Shown piece by piece: positions 38,147-48,203 of a DNA stretch of 64,000 bases. Below the pieces are notes generated by a model. It made no database searches and was not told the DNA's origin. It was given only the letters and a program-made list of their open reading frames with translations. The translations under genes and the position numbers were made by a program. How positions within the stretch are numbered: position 1 is the first letter of the stretch; each line of letters opens with the position of its first letter. The DNA is taken from positions 62,001 to 126,000 of IMG/VR virus record IMGVR_UViG_2162886007_000107. The stretch is one strand, 5' to 3'.

Positions 38147-39235
38147 ATGATTGACGTAGCAGAATTTGAACCCGATGCCGCCACGTTTGAGCTTCCTGAC
38201 GTTCCTCAAGTAAACGTCATGATGGATGCTCTCGATGACTCCATCGAACAGATCGACCTGGTAGAAGGTAGCGAAGCTATCTCCTTCACCAAGGCTCAGC
38301 AGTACGCTCAAGGCGTTCTGTACTCCAACGGCATCATTCCTCTGCGCGCCATGTGCGGTATGGAAGAAGGCGGCGTGTTCAGTTCCATCGGTAACGGCAT
38401 TGGTGCTGTATGGAGCTGGATCAAAGGTATCTTCACCTCCATCTGGAATTTCTTCTTCTCCCGTGACAACAAGGAAGAAGCTGACAAGACCAAGGCTGAA
38501 GCTGATGCCAACAGCAAAACTGCTGGTGACGCTGCTAACGGTAACCAGTCGGATGAAGACGCCAAGAAACAAGCCAGCAAGATGGCAGGCATTGCATCTG
38601 AAGGCGGTGACGAGGCTACTGCCAAAGCTCTGAAAGAAGCCAAGACTCCAAAAGAGATCAAGGCTGCAATCAAGGCTGCCCTTCCGAAGATCGCCAAGCT
38701 CAATGCCAAAGGCAAGCAGAAGATCCAGAACTCCATCAAGCTGGCTGTTCAAGCTAAGCTGGGGTTCAAGAAGGTCGTCAACGATGACAGCAACAAAAAG
38801 TACACTGCAGCCCAAGACAAGGTTGCTGGTACTGACCATCCTGTTGCTCACATCATGGTGGAGCTGGAAGCCTGTATCGACAAGATTCTGATCAAAGACA
38901 ATACCTTCATCCCGATTCTGGAAAAAGCCATGGATTGCGATACGGTGCAGAAGGTCATGGCCTTCAACACCACCATGAAGGCAAACGTCGATGCGATGAA
39001 GACTCTCGGTGACGACTTCGATCAGCGTAAAGGCAAGGTCAAGACTATTCTCGACACTACTGAGAAGAAGTTGAAGGCAGCCAAAGATGCCAAGAACAAA
39101 GCCGAACTCAAGAAGGAAGTGGATACCATCCGCGTTCTGATGAACCAGGCTGTCAAAGTATCGAAGTTGATCCAGATCAGCAACACTCGTCTGCGTACTG
39201 TGTCCGACGACTTGAACGCCATGTTCGGTCTGTAA
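38147..39235 (+). CDS. putative processed head protein (paralog family)
   Basis: Acidic propeptide, GMEE site, then VWSWIKGIFTSIWNFF motif and a basic body. Confidence 0.7.
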   Translation: MIDVAEFEPDAATFELPDVPQVNVMMDALDDSIEQIDLVEGSEAISFTKAQQYAQGVLYSNGIIPLRAMCGMEEGGVFSSIGNGIGAVWSWIKGIFTSIWNFFFSRDNKEEADKTKAEADANSKTAGDAANGNQSDEDAKKQASKMAGIASEGGDEATAKALKEAKTPKEIKAAIKAALPKIAKLNAKGKQKIQNSIKLAVQAKLGFKKVVNDDSNKKYTAAQDKVAGTDHPVAHIMVELEACIDKILIKDNTFIPILEKAMDCDTVQKVMAFNTTMKANVDAMKTLGDDFDQRKGKVKTILDTTEKKLKAAKDAKNKAELKKEVDTIRVLMNQAVKVSKLIQISNTRLRTVSDDLNAMFGL

Positions 39236-39257
39236 GACGTTTTGCAGTTATAAGTCT

Positions 39258-39292
39258 AATACCCCTTACCCCGCAAGGGGTAAGGGGTATTA
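39258..39292. terminator. probable bidirectional terminator
   Basis: AATACCCCTTACCCC-GCAA-GGGGTAAGGGGTATT between convergent genes. Confidence 0.8.
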
Positions 39293-39298
39293 TGGCTG

Positions 39299-41098
39299 TT
39301 AGGCCGCTTCTTTGATTTCTTCCACGTATGGATCTGGTGTAGCGAAGCTTTCGTTCTTCGCGTTTTGCAGTTTGTACAGAACTTCTTCCCAGCCACGCTC
39401 TTGCAGGCATTTCTCGAACACGTCAACCATTTTGGCAACGGTAGGGAAGCCGAAGAGTTGATTCGACAGACCGATGGCATTCGCACCTGGACTGCTGGCA
39501 TAGTTAACTGCAATCTCACGCAGCTGCATACTGTCAGCATTCTGGATACGATATACTTCCATCATGGTAGTGTGGTTACTTACGTTACCAGTCAGAGTAC
39601 CGGTTGGGTAAGCACCCTCAACGTCCAGGTCAGAAGTAGCTCCTCGACCTTGACTTTGAACATCGTCAAGACCATCGAACAGGAACATACCCTGGCTTGC
39701 GTTCTTCTCTGTATCGAGCAGAGCAATCCAGTCACCCAGTGTTGGTAGGCGATCAGAGAATGTCGTATCACGTTTAGGCGGAGTACTACCCCAGACATAA
39801 CCATTATCCCGAGCAACAAAACTGAGAGTGTCAGAGATGAGAGTCGGTTGAGATACGTAGTTGAAGTATTCCGAGTAACGCAACAACATTGGAATCGACA
39901 GAGCGAAGTCGTTAGTACGTTCGTCAATCTCTTCAATTGGGAAGTTGTCCCCAATGTTGTACATTGAGTAGATGTACTTGTACTGACGCTGCATCCCACG
40001 ATGCCATTGAGGAGAACCGTCACCCCAATGTTTACCTTCCTCAGTGTAGAGCTTGCCTGGAACCTTCTCTCGAACGGCGATGCTTGCCAGAGCATAACTC
40101 TCAAGTTTACCACTTGGAGCACGCTTAATGCCGTAACCGGACATTTGGTCGGCCCACTTCCAAGTAGCCTGCGATTTAATGCTTGGAAACTTCTCTTGTG
40201 GTTCAAGAGGTGTCTTGTCTCCGTTTTCCTTAACCTTGTGCGTCCGTCCTGGATGATATTCATAAGACCGGTATTCAGCCGGTACACGAGGGTCACAATA
40301 AACATCCGCAAGGTTGTAACCATCTGCTATCAGTGCCTTCTCGCAAGCTTCCATGTCATAACTTGCATTCCAGCTAAGAACCCAGTCGGGCTCCCATGCA
40401 TGAAACTTCTGGATGCACGCATTAGCTACTTGACCAGGCGTATCAAACAACTCGTACTCGATCTCGCAGTTACGACGATCCAAGTGTTCTTTGAGGTGTT
40501 TGATTTCGGCTTCTTTAAGACGAGTTAAGATCGTCTCATCATTTGCTTCGTTATACCAGCTACGAACTCCAGCAAAGTAAGCTTTCTCTTTCATCGTGAC
40601 AGATGCCATGATGATAGGTTGATTAGGATCATCCATATCCGTCTCAACGTCGAACGCTGCTACGGTGTAACGTTCCTTCTCTTGATACTCGCCGTACTTC
40701 TCAAAGAACTTACGCTTGAAGTGAACCGGTGGAGTCTGATCCAAGCCGAATACAAACTGTTCTTTCTTTGCATCATACATCGATGCTTTGTAATTAGCTG
40801 CTCCGTAAAGCTGCTTCTTAACTTCAAAAGGGATCTTGCAGTACGGTAAATTATATTCCCGTGTTAAGCCTGCTTTGATGTAATCCTTGTGCTGCTTAAA
40901 CTGACGATGTGGTTCCTTAACAATCCAAAAAGGAATCTTGTAATTCTCTAATGCAATGAAAGAATTAGTACGACTACCGTCTTCATGGATGTTGGTGATC
41001 TTTGCACAAAGCAGATCTTTGAACTTGTCTCTGTTACTTACACTGTACCCTGCACTTTTACAAACCCGTGCAATAATTGGTGATTGAGTCTGAGTCAT
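39299..41098 (-). CDS. family B DNA polymerase, N-terminal half with 3'-5' exonuclease and motif A (phiKZ gp82-like)
   Basis: Exo I FDVET, Exo II WNASYD, Exo III YNIGD, motif A DLDVEGAYP. Confidence 0.88.
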   Translation of the reverse strand: MTQTQSPIIARVCKSAGYSVSNRDKFKDLLCAKITNIHEDGSRTNSFIALENYKIPFWIVKEPHRQFKQHKDYIKAGLTREYNLPYCKIPFEVKKQLYGAANYKASMYDAKKEQFVFGLDQTPPVHFKRKFFEKYGEYQEKERYTVAAFDVETDMDDPNQPIIMASVTMKEKAYFAGVRSWYNEANDETILTRLKEAEIKHLKEHLDRRNCEIEYELFDTPGQVANACIQKFHAWEPDWVLSWNASYDMEACEKALIADGYNLADVYCDPRVPAEYRSYEYHPGRTHKVKENGDKTPLEPQEKFPSIKSQATWKWADQMSGYGIKRAPSGKLESYALASIAVREKVPGKLYTEEGKHWGDGSPQWHRGMQRQYKYIYSMYNIGDNFPIEEIDERTNDFALSIPMLLRYSEYFNYVSQPTLISDTLSFVARDNGYVWGSTPPKRDTTFSDRLPTLGDWIALLDTEKNASQGMFLFDGLDDVQSQGRGATSDLDVEGAYPTGTLTGNVSNHTTMMEVYRIQNADSMQLREIAVNYASSPGANAIGLSNQLFGFPTVAKMVDVFEKCLQERGWEEVLYKLQNAKNESFATPDPYVEEIKEAA

Positions 41099-41180
41099 TG
41101 AAAGGCCTGCATTTTATGACCTAATTTCTAAAGAGTGCTATACGTATAGCACGCCAGTGTTAAACGAGGGGTTCCCTTTT

Positions 41181-42551
41181 ATGCTCTCCATGGAGTTTCT
41201 GACCAACCGGGCTGTTGACGGGTTGGAATTTATCAACTTTCAGACAGACGATTTCTACGTTAAGATGTCCTCGTTCCTGGAACAGAACATCAACGACGAT
41301 TTCGTTTTGTCTAAGGATTCGAAGGATGGTATCAAAGCCATCCTGGCGGAATTCACTGGTTTCAGCAACATCACCGTCAAACTGGTAGAGGAAGCAAACC
41401 TTTCTGTAGACGTAGGATACTTCTCTCCTAATCACGTCATTAACCATACCCTGGCCGATGACCTGCTGAAGCCCCATAAGTCTAATCTGTTCCGTTGGTT
41501 TGCAGAAAACAACGGCAAGATCTTCAAGGGCAACGTCAATTACAAGACTGGTAAAGTGGAAGGGTCCTTCTGCGAAATCCCTATCACGCTGACAATCAAT
41601 GTCAACTTGAAGGAGATCTTCCCCGATGACCTGGTTAAGAAGTATGGAATCCCTTATCACGGTCTGCTTGCTGGCGGCTTGGCTCATGAGTCTGGCCACT
41701 GCTATGGCGCCTGCGCGATGCTGGCGACTTCTGCTAAGGACAACGTCATTGCCAAGGCGGCTGTTGCACATTACCGTGAAGCGCGTAACGATGACGAGAA
41801 AGTGGTTGTGCTCAAGGAAATGGGTCAACTGCTCGAACTCCCTCCGGAGAAACTCGAAGAACTCCAAGCGATAGCCCAAACCCGTGACGAAGTTGGCGTT
41901 ATCATTTACTTCAACAAACTGGTTAACAAGCGTAACAGTTCCCGTGCCCTCTCTTTGGGCGTGCAGAACATGTCTGCTGAAGTAATTGCCGACGTCTACG
42001 CTATTCGCATGGGTTGTGGCAAAGCTGTAATAGCCGCTATAGGCGGGCTGGTGGATCGCGGGATCATTAAGGTGTTCATGGATAGCTTTATCGCTGCTGT
42101 CTTCTACACGGCGATTGTGGGCTGTATCTTCATGGGTACCTGGGTGGTTCTGGCTCTCATGGGTGGTGGTGGACTGGTTCTAGGTTTTGGTGGATTCACT
42201 TTCATCCTCTCCTTTATCCTTTCTTACTTCAGTCACGGTTTCTCTGGCACTTATAACGCCAATCACCGTCGTTTCGAAGATGCGGTTCGGCAACTCATTG
42301 CCAAACTGAAAGAAGTCAAAGACATGCCTCTGAATGAAAAGAAAGAGCTGCTCGAAGACATCGAAAAACTGCTGAAGATCAACAAAGAGATTCAGCCTTG
42401 GTACGAGAACACAGTTATCCGTCGTTTCTACGGGTGGATGACCACAGGCTCGGACTTCAAGAAACAAGAACTCGAACATTTCACTCAGGCATTGGCTAAC
42501 AGTGAGATCAACGTACTGGCAGAACGCCTCAAACTCGTCGCTAAGGAGTAA
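41181..42551 (+). CDS. putative virion membrane-anchored zinc metallopeptidase-like protein (phiKZ gp84-like)
   Basis: HESGH, EVIADVYA, hydrophobic TM hairpin; GAGGGG RBS before ATG 41181. Confidence 0.65.
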   Translation: MLSMEFLTNRAVDGLEFINFQTDDFYVKMSSFLEQNINDDFVLSKDSKDGIKAILAEFTGFSNITVKLVEEANLSVDVGYFSPNHVINHTLADDLLKPHKSNLFRWFAENNGKIFKGNVNYKTGKVEGSFCEIPITLTINVNLKEIFPDDLVKKYGIPYHGLLAGGLAHESGHCYGACAMLATSAKDNVIAKAAVAHYREARNDDEKVVVLKEMGQLLELPPEKLEELQAIAQTRDEVGVIIYFNKLVNKRNSSRALSLGVQNMSAEVIADVYAIRMGCGKAVIAAIGGLVDRGIIKVFMDSFIAAVFYTAIVGCIFMGTWVVLALMGGGGLVLGFGGFTFILSFILSYFSHGFSGTYNANHRRFEDAVRQLIAKLKEVKDMPLNEKKELLEDIEKLLKINKEIQPWYENTVIRRFYGWMTTGSDFKKQELEHFTQALANSEINVLAERLKLVAKE

Positions 42552-42554
42552 TCC

Positions 42555-42953
42555 ATGTCTCACCTCATCCATGTCCTCAACATCAAAAAGGCTTTGACTG
42601 AAGCCGGGGTACTCTGCCCTATCGAACAAGGTCAACTGACCAACGAGCCGTACGTTCGTGCTGTTATGGCCTTTGCCTCCAAGCGTGAAGGTATCGCCAC
42701 TCTGGATGGCCCACGTGTTTGGGGTCAACTGGAAAAGTGGAACTGTGTGAGCCCGATCAACGCTCGCTTCATCCACACTGCCGCGCTGACCCGTCTGAAC
42801 CAGTTGAAGGGCTCCATCTGCAACACTGGTTCCCTGCCGTGCTCGAAGACCTTCACCTCCTTCTCTGAAAGCGGTGTGGACGTGTCCACCATGGCAGACT
42901 TCGACACCCTGGTTGCTTACCTGATCAAAGAGCTGGAGGCCCGCAATGAGTGA
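42555..42953 (+). CDS. putative virion structural protein
   Basis: AAGGAG RBS; codon bias; position in the structural block. Confidence 0.7.
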   Translation: MSHLIHVLNIKKALTEAGVLCPIEQGQLTNEPYVRAVMAFASKREGIATLDGPRVWGQLEKWNCVSPINARFIHTAALTRLNQLKGSICNTGSLPCSKTFTSFSESGVDVSTMADFDTLVAYLIKELEARNE

Positions 42954-44475
42954 TACCGATCTCGACTCCTACCCTCAGATCGGTAGCTCTGCTCCAGTAG
43001 ACTCGTACCAGCCAGGTGAAGGTAAACAACGTCTGGACCTGGACGAGTACTACAAAGACACCGATCAGGCTGAAACTACCGTAATGGTGCAAGGCTTCGA
43101 AGCTTTCACCTTCGGCAAGATCAGCAAGCGTCTGGCCCAGCAAATCGGTTTGCCTAACACGGCTTCCTACGACCCGTTCCCATCTGAGCGTAATGCCCGT
43201 GCTGGTAATGAAGGTTTCTTCAGCATGGTTGCTGAAAAGTTCGAAGGCATGATCGAAGGCATCATCAAGTATGTCCGTATGGTCATTGACTGGGTTGTTG
43301 ATACCATTGGCGGTTTCCTGGGCTTCCGTAAGAAGTCTGCGATCTCTGCCGAGACCAACGAAAAGCAGAAGGACCTGAAGAAGGAATTCGAAAAGACCAT
43401 CATCGCTCTGGGTTTCCCAGTTGCTGACTACAGTCTGGAAGCTTTCCTGCGTGACATCCCTACTGCTGAAGCCGGTCCATTCCAGCTCCTTTTCATGAAG
43501 AGCAAGATGACCTCCGACCAGGATGCCATTCAAGGTATCGCTGATTCGTTGCCACTGATTCAACAAGCGGTAGGTAAACTGAAGGTAGCAAGCGATCGTG
43601 CTACTACTGCTCAGAAATACCTGAAGAAGGTCATCAACGAGGAATACAACCGTATCCGCGTTCGTAAGTCCACTGGTCAACATATCGGTGCGACTGACTC
43701 TCCTGAGTTGAACCGTGTACTGAAAGCCATCCTCGACGTCAAGTCTAATCTGGACACCAAGCTGATCGCTACCACGGTCAACAAGCTTTACGAGTCCATG
43801 TACAAGACCAAGTTCTCTGATGAAGAGCTGGCCACTGGTTACGACCGTGTTCGTGCCGATCTGAAGAAGAACCTGGTTACTTCGAAGATTAAGATGAGCG
43901 GTGGTAACGTAGGTAAGACTCTGGAAACCATCCAGATGTTGAACGCACGTTACCTGGAAATCTCCGACAAGGAACTGGACCTGTCCGGTATCAAGTGGCG
44001 TGAGATTGGCACTATCGTCGACAAGACTGATGCTGACAAAATCAAAGCCATGGACGAATACTTCCAGGGCATGGGTCTTCAGGCTCGTTACCAGGAAATG
44101 GGCGTTGACGTTCGTAGCTTCGTGCAGTACTGCTTGTCTGTTACTAACTCGATGCTTACTGTCGAGAAGCAGACCAGTAACTTGGTTGAGTGGCATACCA
44201 AGGCACGTACCTTCTACTACAACGGTGTGATTGGTGACGCTAAAGAAATCTCCAAGATCATCAAGACTGTTGCCGACCCAGACGATCAAGCAGAACTGAA
44301 GCGTCAGTTCAAGAAGATTGGTAAGCTGCGTTTCATTAAAGAGCAAGATGCTTTGACTCTGCAAGAGATGCTTAGCAAGGTTGGGGCTGGTGAGAAGGTG
44401 GAGTCGAATCTTTCGCAGTTTGATGGTCAACTCAAAAACTTCATGAAGCAAACTGGTCTGGGGATTAAGCTATGA
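42946..44475 (+). CDS. putative processed head protein (phiKZ gp86-like)
   Basis: GFE and GNE sites, then FFSMVAEKF..VIDWV amphipathic motif. Confidence 0.7.
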   Translation: MSDTDLDSYPQIGSSAPVDSYQPGEGKQRLDLDEYYKDTDQAETTVMVQGFEAFTFGKISKRLAQQIGLPNTASYDPFPSERNARAGNEGFFSMVAEKFEGMIEGIIKYVRMVIDWVVDTIGGFLGFRKKSAISAETNEKQKDLKKEFEKTIIALGFPVADYSLEAFLRDIPTAEAGPFQLLFMKSKMTSDQDAIQGIADSLPLIQQAVGKLKVASDRATTAQKYLKKVINEEYNRIRVRKSTGQHIGATDSPELNRVLKAILDVKSNLDTKLIATTVNKLYESMYKTKFSDEELATGYDRVRADLKKNLVTSKIKMSGGNVGKTLETIQMLNARYLEISDKELDLSGIKWREIGTIVDKTDADKIKAMDEYFQGMGLQARYQEMGVDVRSFVQYCLSVTNSMLTVEKQTSNLVEWHTKARTFYYNGVIGDAKEISKIIKTVADPDDQAELKRQFKKIGKLRFIKEQDALTLQEMLSKVGAGEKVESNLSQFDGQLKNFMKQTGLGIKL

Positions 44476-45197
44476 CTCTTGAGCATCTTGCCCAGCTTAA
44501 ACTGGAAGCCGACACAACTACCACGCACATCGATGAGTCGATGAACGCACTGGTGGATCAGTTGAAAGACGGTGTTCCATTGTCAGTGGGTAAAACCATT
44601 ATCAATGACATCTGGGGTTCTGGTGTTGATGCGACGCGTCTTATCGCTAAACTATCCAGTAGCTTCCCAGATGAGAACTCTGGCGTGATCCGTAACGCTC
44701 GTCTTCCCGATGAGATCGTTCGTGCGGCTTACAGCTTCAATGACAAATCTGCTGGGTTCATGGAAGGAGCGTTCGACTACATTAAGGAGACCATTCCGAA
44801 AATCGTCGACATCTTTTCCAAGTACTCTCCTGATGACACCATCGGTGCTGAAGTAGCCAAAGGCTTCCGTCGCGAGTCTCTGCGTTTCATCGAAGCTGTT
44901 CGTTATGGTGACTTCCAATCTTGCAATGTCGAAGACATGACCAAGTGGGGAGATTTCCAATCGACGTACATCTCGAATGGCGTAGATGATGGGGATTACA
45001 TGTTCATCTCTGACTTCGTGCCTGAGATGGAAAAGATTGGCAAGGAAGCCGTGGCTGAGCGTGAGCGTGAGGAAACTGACGACGGTTGGCCGACTATGGG
45101 CAACATTCGTTTCGAAGCCCATCGTGAACTGCTCACAATGAAGCTTACCTTCATGTACTGCGAGTACCTGGATACTCTTCTGAACATGGAAGAATAA
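44472..45197 (+). CDS. hypothetical protein
   Basis: ATGA overlap with the previous gene. Confidence 0.7.
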   Translation: MTLEHLAQLKLEADTTTTHIDESMNALVDQLKDGVPLSVGKTIINDIWGSGVDATRLIAKLSSSFPDENSGVIRNARLPDEIVRAAYSFNDKSAGFMEGAFDYIKETIPKIVDIFSKYSPDDTIGAEVAKGFRRESLRFIEAVRYGDFQSCNVEDMTKWGDFQSTYISNGVDDGDYMFISDFVPEMEKIGKEAVAEREREETDDGWPTMGNIRFEAHRELLTMKLTFMYCEYLDTLLNMEE

Positions 45198-45206
45198 GTG
45201 AAACAG

Positions 45207-45245
45207 TATAACCCCTCCCACCCCAAAAGGGTGGGAGGGGTTATA
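45207..45245. terminator. probable bidirectional terminator
   Basis: TATAACCCCTCCCACCC/GGGTGGGAGGGGTTATA. Confidence 0.8.
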
Positions 45246-45257
45246 GCCGTTATAGCG

Positions 45258-48203
45258 TTAAACAGGACCCATGTTGACCATACTGCGGTCGTGTGGCATG
45301 AACGATGTATCAACAGCTTCTTTAACCGATACCAGGCGATCGCTGCTAATGGCCAACAGCTTACGAATACTGAATCCGCTGAGGGAGTCTTCGTTACTGA
45401 TGATGTCGACAGTAGTGTCACCTGCCAACGCATTAAGCTTGATACCCACTACCTCTGGTGGAGCAGATGCACGGAGTACGCGAATGAACTCGGCAGTAGA
45501 GATAGTAGTAGCGTTCTCCAAGATGTCGTTAAGGATACGAGGAGTAGCATCCAGCAAAGCTTCCTTAAGGTTCTGGTTCTTGTAACCAGTCGCAGTAAGG
45601 TAGTAGACCACCGTGAAGCTGAGGTCTTGCTTGAGATACATCTCGTAGTTACTGTTGACCAAGACTTGCTTGCTACCGATCTTGCTACGAGGCTGATAGA
45701 ACATCCCTGTCTGATCGAGGAGACGAGTATTGAAGTAACTCATGTCCTTGCCAATGATGTCGATGAAGTAATCTTTAGTAGCCTGAGCAAACTCCTTGTC
45801 GTACTCGTCGGCACTGAAGTAGTACACCCCATCGAATGCAATGAAGTCAAAGTGGTATTGCAGGTCCCGTGGAGCAACTTGAATCTTGTTACCCAGATCG
45901 TCCAGAACAAAGTCGCCCTTCTGGTATTCCAAGCGGATAGAACCATTCGAGTTGTAGATGATCTCCCCGGCCAAGTGGTCAGGAATAGCGCGACCATTTT
46001 CATCACGAAGCAACTTACCTGTTTCCGGATCACGCTTGAAAGTATCTTCGGCGTAAACACGAGGAACGTCTGTTTCGTAACGCTTGTACTGACCTTCACC
46101 AACCAGCGGACGAATCCGACTGTACAGGCTACCCTGACGACTACCCAACGTGGTGCTGTAGGTAGTTTCGATCAGAGCGGTCATGGAGATAGGGAACAAG
46201 TTCTGATCGAGCTTCCGGTCAGAAGGAGTATCTGTCAGGCTTGGATCACCACCCATGGTCAGCAACAGAGTCATGGTCAGTTCAAGAGGAGAACCCACCG
46301 AAACTTGCGGACTACCGAACATGTTGAAGTTGGTGAAGTACAGCATGTCGTTCACATCCAGGTCGAACTTACTGTCCAACTTGAATTGCCAGATGCGTTC
46401 TTCATCTTCAGTGATACCGTAGAAGGTACCAGCCAGACTTGCCAGAGAAGAAGACCCGGTAACACTGATAGACAGCTGAGCACCCAAGGCATTGTTATCC
46501 AGCTCTTTGTAGCTTTGGCTGGACTTAGTAACCAGAGTAATCAGGTAGCCATCTTCCTTGTGTTCGATATCCAGTTGCCCCACACCTACTTCAATGCCCA
46601 GAGCTTCGTTTTCAGCAATGAACTTTTGGTAGTTAAACTTAGGAGCATCCAGGTGATAGGTACGCAACACCGCTTGGTTGTTGGTAGTGTCCATCACGTA
46701 GTAGAAAGGAGTGTAGACCAAAGTCTTGTTGGAGGTAAGTTCCACCAACTCCTCACCAGACATCCCCAGGTATTGATCCAGGGTGATACGGTTAACCAAT
46801 TGAGTCGTGTAGTCCGTTACATCAAACAGCATGTTGTGTGGAATGGTGATCCGTTTACCATTATCCAGAACAACACCACTTGCTACCAGGTTGTTAGCAG
46901 AAGTCAGGAAGCTACCGACAAAGCAAGCCATCGGTGAGTTGAACTTCTTGTTGTCCTGCTTGATAAGCTCTTTGGTGATCGCGTACTGACGACCAGTAAC
47001 GTAGTCGATACTCTTGACCGCGTCGTAGTCGTAAGCCTCTACAGTGCCTTCCAGGTTGCTTTCAGTGATAGGCAGAGTACGGATGCGCTTACCAGCAATG
47101 AACGAAGCTTTGATTGCAGCAAACGGACGAGGGCTAGAGCCACCGCTTACAGCAGTAGTAGCACCCCAAACAATACTGCCGCTATTACGCAAGCCTTCAG
47201 AGTACGGACCGAGACGACCACTGCCATAACGGTAATCCTGATAGTTGACCTTCACTTCATCCAGAGGAACCTTACGGAAGTCTTTATCCGTTACAGCGCC
47301 CTTGGTAACGTAAGTGTAGATCGAGACTGTCCCGATACCCAATCCGTTCTGGATATAGACGTCGGGGATCTCGTAGTTAAACATCGAGTTGGTCGTGTCG
47401 ATGATCAGGGCCAGAGTCGGAGTAGCGGGATCGAAAGTATCCTGGTCAAAGGCTACCTTGATCTCACGATTGACTGTGGAGTTAGGGGAACGCAAGAAAG
47501 CCCGCACGTTGTACAGGTAATCCGAGTATTCGATGTCACCAGTGCAACCGGACGACTGGTTAGACGTCAGGCCTTCTGTAACGATGCACTGAAGCTGTCG
47601 AACAGGAACGCTGACAGTAAGGTAGTACTTACCACCAGTCTGCCTGAAATCGCGTACCAGGATGTTATCGTTGATCGGCCACTGTGGGTTGTTAGTGGAG
47701 TCGTCGTAAACCACTTGGAAGCCAGAGGTTTCCTTATAACGGATCTCGATGCCGTTTTCGATGGCAAAGGTATAACCGTTAAAGTTGATCTCTGTGTCCT
47801 TAGGGAACAACAGTTTCTGATAAGTCGTAGTGGTACGACCAACAGTCACTTCAAAAGGCTTAGCCAGGTTATGGAAAGCATCCACATCAATACCCAACAT
47901 CAACGTACAGGTAGACGGGTTACCAAACAGACCTACTTTCTCTTCATCGCCCATGTGCTTGCTGAGGTCGGTGATGTTCCGAGCATGCACAGGGAAAGCA
48001 CGAGAGATCGCATCATCAATACGGTTCATTACACCGAAAGAAGTACCAATGATAAGGTCAGCACAAAAGACCACTGGGTGGGTCTTACTGTTGATGTACA
48101 CTCGCTTATCGAACCAGGTGGTTTCGAGATCATTAATAACCGTGTCGATACCCCGCTCAGGGTTGTCGGCTAGGCTAATGATTTGTTGTTGAGTCAGCGC
48201 CAT
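45258..48203 (-). CDS. large virion structural protein, probably baseplate (phiKZ gp87-like)
   Basis: Start MALTQQQ at 48203 via TGATG coupling; YVTKG..AVSGGSS segments reminiscent of gp6/gpJ wedge proteins. Confidence 0.65.
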   Translation of the reverse strand: MALTQQQIISLADNPERGIDTVINDLETTWFDKRVYINSKTHPVVFCADLIIGTSFGVMNRIDDAISRAFPVHARNITDLSKHMGDEEKVGLFGNPSTCTLMLGIDVDAFHNLAKPFEVTVGRTTTTYQKLLFPKDTEINFNGYTFAIENGIEIRYKETSGFQVVYDDSTNNPQWPINDNILVRDFRQTGGKYYLTVSVPVRQLQCIVTEGLTSNQSSGCTGDIEYSDYLYNVRAFLRSPNSTVNREIKVAFDQDTFDPATPTLALIIDTTNSMFNYEIPDVYIQNGLGIGTVSIYTYVTKGAVTDKDFRKVPLDEVKVNYQDYRYGSGRLGPYSEGLRNSGSIVWGATTAVSGGSSPRPFAAIKASFIAGKRIRTLPITESNLEGTVEAYDYDAVKSIDYVTGRQYAITKELIKQDNKKFNSPMACFVGSFLTSANNLVASGVVLDNGKRITIPHNMLFDVTDYTTQLVNRITLDQYLGMSGEELVELTSNKTLVYTPFYYVMDTTNNQAVLRTYHLDAPKFNYQKFIAENEALGIEVGVGQLDIEHKEDGYLITLVTKSSQSYKELDNNALGAQLSISVTGSSSLASLAGTFYGITEDEERIWQFKLDSKFDLDVNDMLYFTNFNMFGSPQVSVGSPLELTMTLLLTMGGDPSLTDTPSDRKLDQNLFPISMTALIETTYSTTLGSRQGSLYSRIRPLVGEGQYKRYETDVPRVYAEDTFKRDPETGKLLRDENGRAIPDHLAGEIIYNSNGSIRLEYQKGDFVLDDLGNKIQVAPRDLQYHFDFIAFDGVYYFSADEYDKEFAQATKDYFIDIIGKDMSYFNTRLLDQTGMFYQPRSKIGSKQVLVNSNYEMYLKQDLSFTVVYYLTATGYKNQNLKEALLDATPRILNDILENATTISTAEFIRVLRASAPPEVVGIKLNALAGDTTVDIISNEDSLSGFSIRKLLAISSDRLVSVKEAVDTSFMPHDRSMVNMGPV

